In this document: one piece after another, positions 35,877 to 40,581 of the stretch
How positions within the stretch are numbered: position 1 is the stretch's first letter
How the letters are laid out: each line of letters starts with the position of its first letter
NCBI GenBank assembly: GCA_032718475.1
Contig: JAUCBJ010001903.1
Location: 1-40,581, forward strand
Reading direction: 5' to 3'
Length of the DNA stretch: 40,581 nucleotides
Origin: Nemertoderma westbladi
Lineage: Eukaryota; Animalia; Xenacoelomorpha
Position numbers and translations under genes: made by a program
The notes under the pieces: model-generated
The model's input: the letters and a program-made list of their open reading frames with translations, nothing else
The model's database searches: none
What the model was told of the DNA's origin: nothing

Positions 35877-37124
35877 GGGGGGCGATATACAGAAAAGTGG
35901 TCAAATCACCTGTTCCAACGGTTCCAACGGTTCCACCTTGGTGTAGTGGTTGCATTGAATTCACATCTCCCGTAGGTCGTGGGTTCGATCCTCACATGGG
36001 CCAGGGCAGTTTTCGTTTCGGCACGAATGCTTTAAAGGGACCAGCCAGGGCGGATCTCTGCCTTGCATCCTTAAGTGGTAGCTAAATGAGTACTGGAGTT
36101 TCCTCTGGGGAGTAAAGTTCTGGGGGGACCGCACTGGAAATAAGTCGTCAGACTTTGTGCGTAATCCCTGGCCAAGCGGCCGAAGAAAATTTTTTTTTTT
36201 TTTTTAACCAGAGTCATTATTTTGTGTAAAAAATAAAGTTTCTTAAAACCCGACATATGATATATTCTGAAAGCTCAGAGTCTGTATAATTCAGTGAGAG
36301 TATTGGCCGACCTTAAATATGATCTGTAAAAAATATACCGCTTGTCCCTTCCTGTCCACTGCCTGTAACCATTATTTTAATACATATTCTAGGATAATTG
36401 GTTGCAGGCGCGTTTACAGGTGGGGGAAGTTTTATGGTACGACTGACACTGCCAAACACACATTATAAATGCTGCGTATCAACATTATACATCAAATGAA
36501 AGCATTTTCAAGGGCGATTTCAGAACTGTTATTGTTTTAACGATTATATGCGATTCTATTAGCTTTAACGTTGGTTACAGGAGGGGACAGTTTATGGTTT
36601 TCCCTCCCGATCTGAGGCTCTTCAAACCCACATGGGATTTCTATAATTGTTTTTGTGTTACAGCTGAGTAATTGCGAATTCTTAAAAAAAAATATCAAGG
36701 TGTGCCTGTAACCACAATTTCCGTTATTCAATTTTTGCCACTGGGGGACATTTTTAGTGGTGAAGTAGAAAACAAAGTGTTCCCAGGATCTCCTGTATGC
36801 TGACTATACTACAGACTGTTGCGATGTTTCTTAAAATTAATAGCTTCCATTTGGTATATAACATATTAACGTTTATTGACATCAGATAGAAACTAGAGCT
36901 CCTTATTTAACTGCTAATCATTTTTTTTTGTCAAATCATCACGTTTTCCGTGGTTTTTGACGATATCAAGCAAAATTTAATGGTATTTATTTACAGTAGC
37001 GGTTAGCAAACATGGTTTCCTAGATTCCTGATGAAAATGTCTACCTGTAACATTTTATTTCATGAGATTTCATTCAGTAAAAATGGAATTACACCATGGT
37101 CTCACTTTTTTGTATGTTTTTGCC
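35877..37124. mobile_element. Nested TIR element related to 11918-15339
   Basis: TACAGAAAAGTGGTCAAA at the left end and CACTTTTTTGTATGTTTTTGCC at the right. TTTTGTGTAAAAAATAAAGTTTC...GAAAGCTC (36220-36276) matches 11956-12013. GTTACAGG/CCTGTAAC motifs are shared. Confidence 0.5.
35935..36188 (+). mobile_element. tRNA-derived SINE with Deu/Nin-like domain, nested in the TIR elements
   Basis: A-box TGGTGTAGTGG (35939), B-box GGTTCGATCC (35982), GCCTTGCATCCTTAAGTGGTAGCTAAATGAGTAC (36060-36093). Confidence 0.7.
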
Positions 37125-37334
37125 ACTGTATGAGGGAAGTTTTACCGGCGAGTGATTTTGCATGGGGAGTGAAAATGCTCTGTTACACCGGCTTATCGAT
37201 AAAACAACTCTATCGCCACCACAACTCTATCATCAATTACTTTCGCGACAGTATCTCTGCGACAGTATCTTCTCAAGAACGCTACGGGCTGTCCGCCACG
37301 CTTATTATCTCTGAAGCTGCCAGAGAACAAGATC

Positions 37335-37686
37335 GTGACTGTCACAGACTGGTTCTGTGACAGTCACAGACTGGTTCTGTGACTGTCACAGACTGGTTCT
37401 GTGACAGTCACAGACTGGTTCTGTGACTGTCACAGACTGGTTCTGTGACTGTCACAGACTGGTTCTGTGACAGTCACAGACTGGTTCTGTGACTGTCACA
37501 GACTGGTTCTGTGACTGTCACAGACTGGTTCTGTGACAGTCACAGACTGGTTCTGTGACTGTCACAGACTGGTTCTGTGACAGTCACAGACTGGTTCTGT
37601 GACTGTCACAGACTGGTTCTGTGACTGTCACAGACTGGTTCTGTGACAGTCACAGACTGGTTCTGTGACTGTCACAGACTGGTTCT
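37335..37686. repeat. 22-bp palindromic minisatellite, ~16 units
   Basis: CTGTGAC(T/A)GTCACAG + ACTGGTT. Confidence 0.97.
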
Positions 37687-37870
37687 CACTACTAATTATT
37701 GTTATGCGACGATGTTATTATCGTTATCGACTACTATGTGCTCAATAAAGTCAATCAATTAACCACGATCATGTCCATATCTCCATGGTAATGTGAGATT
37801 GTATGTCGTTGGCATATCAAGCTTGAGTTTCCTCCCAAGGTCACCTTTTTTGTTTTCAAACTTCTACCCA

Positions 37871-37953
37871 GGGTAGGTGTAAAACGCGGATCCGGATCCG
37901 TATCCGGATCCTGAATCCGGATCCGGATCCGGATCCGCGTTTTACACCTACCC
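37871..37953. mobile_element. 83-bp palindromic mini-element (paired TIRs with a GGATCC-repeat core)
   Basis: GGGTAGGTGTAAAACGCGGATCCGG ... CCGGATCCGCGTTTTACACCTACCC. Confidence 0.75.
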
Positions 37954-37958
37954 TAGAA

Positions 37959-39905
37959 GGGTCAGAGTAAAACGCGGATCCGGATCAGGATCCGGATTCT
38001 ATCATTTAACATTGTCCCTATGGAAGTCGACTGAATTTACATTTTTAGGGTGTAATCTGCGGATCCGTGCACTGCTAAATTTACCGAATCCGTAACCGAG
38101 TGTAAAATGCGGATTGGCCTTTTTTTCAGATCCGGAACGGAGTGTAAAGCGCGGATTCATGTTTTAGGCTAAATCCTGAACGGAGTGTAAAACGCGGATT
38201 CATTTTTCTACTGAATCCGGGATTGGGTGTAAAATACGGATTCAGGTTTATTACAAAGTTTTATTAAATCCGGGAAGGGGTGTAAAACGCGGATTCAAGT
38301 TAATTACCATGTTTTATTGGATCCGGGAAGGGGTGTAAAACGCGGATTTTAGTTAATTACCAAGTTTTATTGGATCCGGGAAGGGGTGTAAAACGCGGAT
38401 TTACGTTAATTACTAAGTTTTATTGGATCCGGAATGGAGTGTAAAACACGGATTTACGTTAATTATCAAGTTTTATTGGATCCGGAATGGAGTGTAAAAC
38501 ACGGATTTACGTTAATTACTAAGTTTTATTGGATCCGGAATGGAGTGTAAAACACGGATTTACGTTAATTACCAAGTTTTGTTGGATCCGGAATGGAGTG
38601 TAAAACACGGATTTCGTTAATTACCAAGTTTTGTTGGATCCGGAATGGAGTGTAAAACGCGGATTCTAGTTAATTACCAAGTTTTATTGGATCCGGAATG
38701 GAGTGTAAAACACGGATTTACGTTAATTACCAAGTTTTATTGGATCCGGAATGGAGTGTAAAACACGGATTTACGTTAATTATCAAGTTTTATTGGATCC
38801 GGAATGGAGTGTAAAACACGGATTTACGTTAATTACCAAGTTTTATTGGATCCGGGAAGGGAGTGTAAAACGCGGATTTACGTTAATTACCAAGTTTTAT
38901 TGGATCCGGAATGGAGTGTAAAACACGGATTTACGTTAATTACCAAGTTTTATTGGATCCGGAATGGAGTGTAAAACACGGATTTACGTTAATTATCAAG
39001 TTTTATTGGATCCGGAATGGAGTGTAAAACACGGATTTACGTTAATTACTAAGTTTTATTGGATCCGGAATGGAGTGTAAAACACGGATTTACGTTAATT
39101 ATCAAGTTTTATTGGATCCGGAATGGAGTGTAAAACACGGATTTACGTTAATTACAAGTTTTATTGGATCCGGAATGGAGTGTAAAACACGGATTTACGT
39201 TAATTACCAAGTTTTATTGGATCCGGAATGGAGTGTAAAACACGGATTTCGTTAATTACCAAGTTTTGTTGGATCCGGAATGGAGTGTAAAACACGGATT
39301 TACGTTAATTACCAAGTTTTATTGGATCCGGAATGGAGTGTAAAACACGGATTTACGTTAATTACCAAGTTTTATTGGATCCGGAATGGAGTGTAAAACA
39401 CGGATTTACGTTAATTATCAAGTTTTATTGGATCCGGAATGGAGTGTAAAACACGGATTTACGTTAATTACCAAGTTTTATTGGATCCGGGAAGGGGTGT
39501 AAAACGCGGATTCTAGTTAATTACCAAGTTTTATTGGATCCGGGAAGGGGTGTAAAACGCGGATTTACGTTAATTACTAAGTTTTATTGGATCCGGAATG
39601 GAGTGTAAAACACGGATTTACGTTAATTACCAAGTTTTATTGGATCCGGAATGGAGTGTAAAACACGGATTTACGTTAATTACCAAGTTTTATTGGATCC
39701 GGAATGGAGTGTAAAACACGGATTTACGTTAATTACCAAGTTTTATTGGATCCGGAATGGAGTGTAAAACACGGATTTACGTTAATTACCAAGTTTTATT
39801 GGATCCGGAATGGAGTGTAAAACACGGATTTATGTTAATTACCAAGTTTTATTGGATCCGGGAAGGGGTGTAAAACGCGGATTCAAGTTAATTAGTAAGT
39901 TTTAA
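37959..39905. repeat. End of a related TIR element grading into a 53-bp satellite (~30 homogeneous units from ~38260)
   Basis: Starts GGGTCAGAGTAAAACGCGGATCCGG. Unit GGATCCGGAATGGAGTGTAAAACACGGATTTACGTTAATTACCAAGTTTTATT contains the TIR motif GTGTAAAAC(G/A)CGGAT. Confidence 0.9.
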
Positions 39906-40581
39906 TGAACAATTTGTAAAACGCATATGCAATAAAGACCCAGACCCTCATCTAGTTACAATTATTAATTAGTGCAATGTTTATTGTTCTTTAGTAACTT
40001 TTCTTGGCTTGCTGACTTTCCTGGTTTTTTTCTTCTCCGGACTCGGGGTGCACGATGTTTGCGTAGTGAGTTCAAGCGGCTCAACAATGGCTGTATCATT
40101 GGTTGGACTCGGAATAACGAATCCCGTAAATGGAACCTTTACAAAGTCATCACTGTCATCCATGTTTAATAAGAAATTAAATAAGAAATTATACTGAACA
40201 GTTCAGCCTCCATAAATTAGGAAGGCAGCACGCTTGCAAGGCCTTAAATAGAGTACGCTATGATGCAGTACAAACTACCGCCAGCTAGGCAGAACAGTGA
40301 TTCTTGTTTGTAAGGGAGGTTGGGATGGATAAGCCAATCAGGGAACAGGACAGTAATCCTACCATACAATTGTCTACAGAGCCGCTCTACCAGAGAGGTC
40401 ACGTTCCCACGGTAGTATAGTTTTTCAGCTAATCAATATCTAATAATGTCTGACGGCCAAGCATCACCATCGCCCTTATTAATAATTCATTGGGAAGCAT
40501 TGACCCCTATTAAGGTGTCCCCCAGAGCCGGATTAAGCTTATGTGTGGCCCCTAGACATAGACAAATTATTAAGGTGTCTA

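Larger units (their letters stand above)
35398..37191. mobile_element. CCGG-terminated TIR element hosting nested insertions
   Basis: CCGGTGTAGCAGA ... TCTGTTACACCGG. Inverted subterminal CCCGGTTAAAATTCCC / GGGAATTTAAC and CCCGGGAGTGAGAAATACAC repeats. No clear TSD. Confidence 0.7.

Noticed and set aside
40523-40581. hAT-like terminus CAGAGCCGGATTAAG
   Set aside because: Cut by the window end; no partner TIR or TSD can be verified.
35279-40581. Further TAOK exons
   Set aside because: No phase-1 exon with coiled-coil character was found; the next exon probably lies beyond the window.

Overview
This window is AT-rich, intron-rich animal (invertebrate-type) genomic DNA, not prokaryotic. It is dominated by one plus-strand gene encoding a TAO (thousand-and-one amino acid, STE20/GCK-VIII) kinase. 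I could trace 12 coding exons by hand (7232..35278, 1978 nt, about 659 codons, all GT-AG and phase-consistent), covering the full kinase domain, a Ser-rich linker and the first part of the coiled coil. The gene runs off the right end of the window. Introns and upstream DNA hold roughly 17 kb of tandem arrays, two RTE-type LINE fragments, three tRNA-derived SINEs and several TIR elements, some with clear TSDs and some nested. Three things stand out. (1) Four sense-strand tandem arrays are built from, or contain, splice signals, and three of them supply or abut the real splice sites of exons 4, 7 and 11. One is a 26-bp unit carrying branch point + pyrimidine tract + CAG|GTAAC/GTAAGT, like a chain of recursive-splice sites. 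(2) A decayed TIR element in intron 3 encodes a Gly-rich repeat protein ending in two acidic FxGF motifs. (3) TA-bounded short motifs resembling transposon excision footprints are frequent, and variants of one satellite differ by exactly such insertions. Most ORFs in the supplied track are artefacts of repeats.
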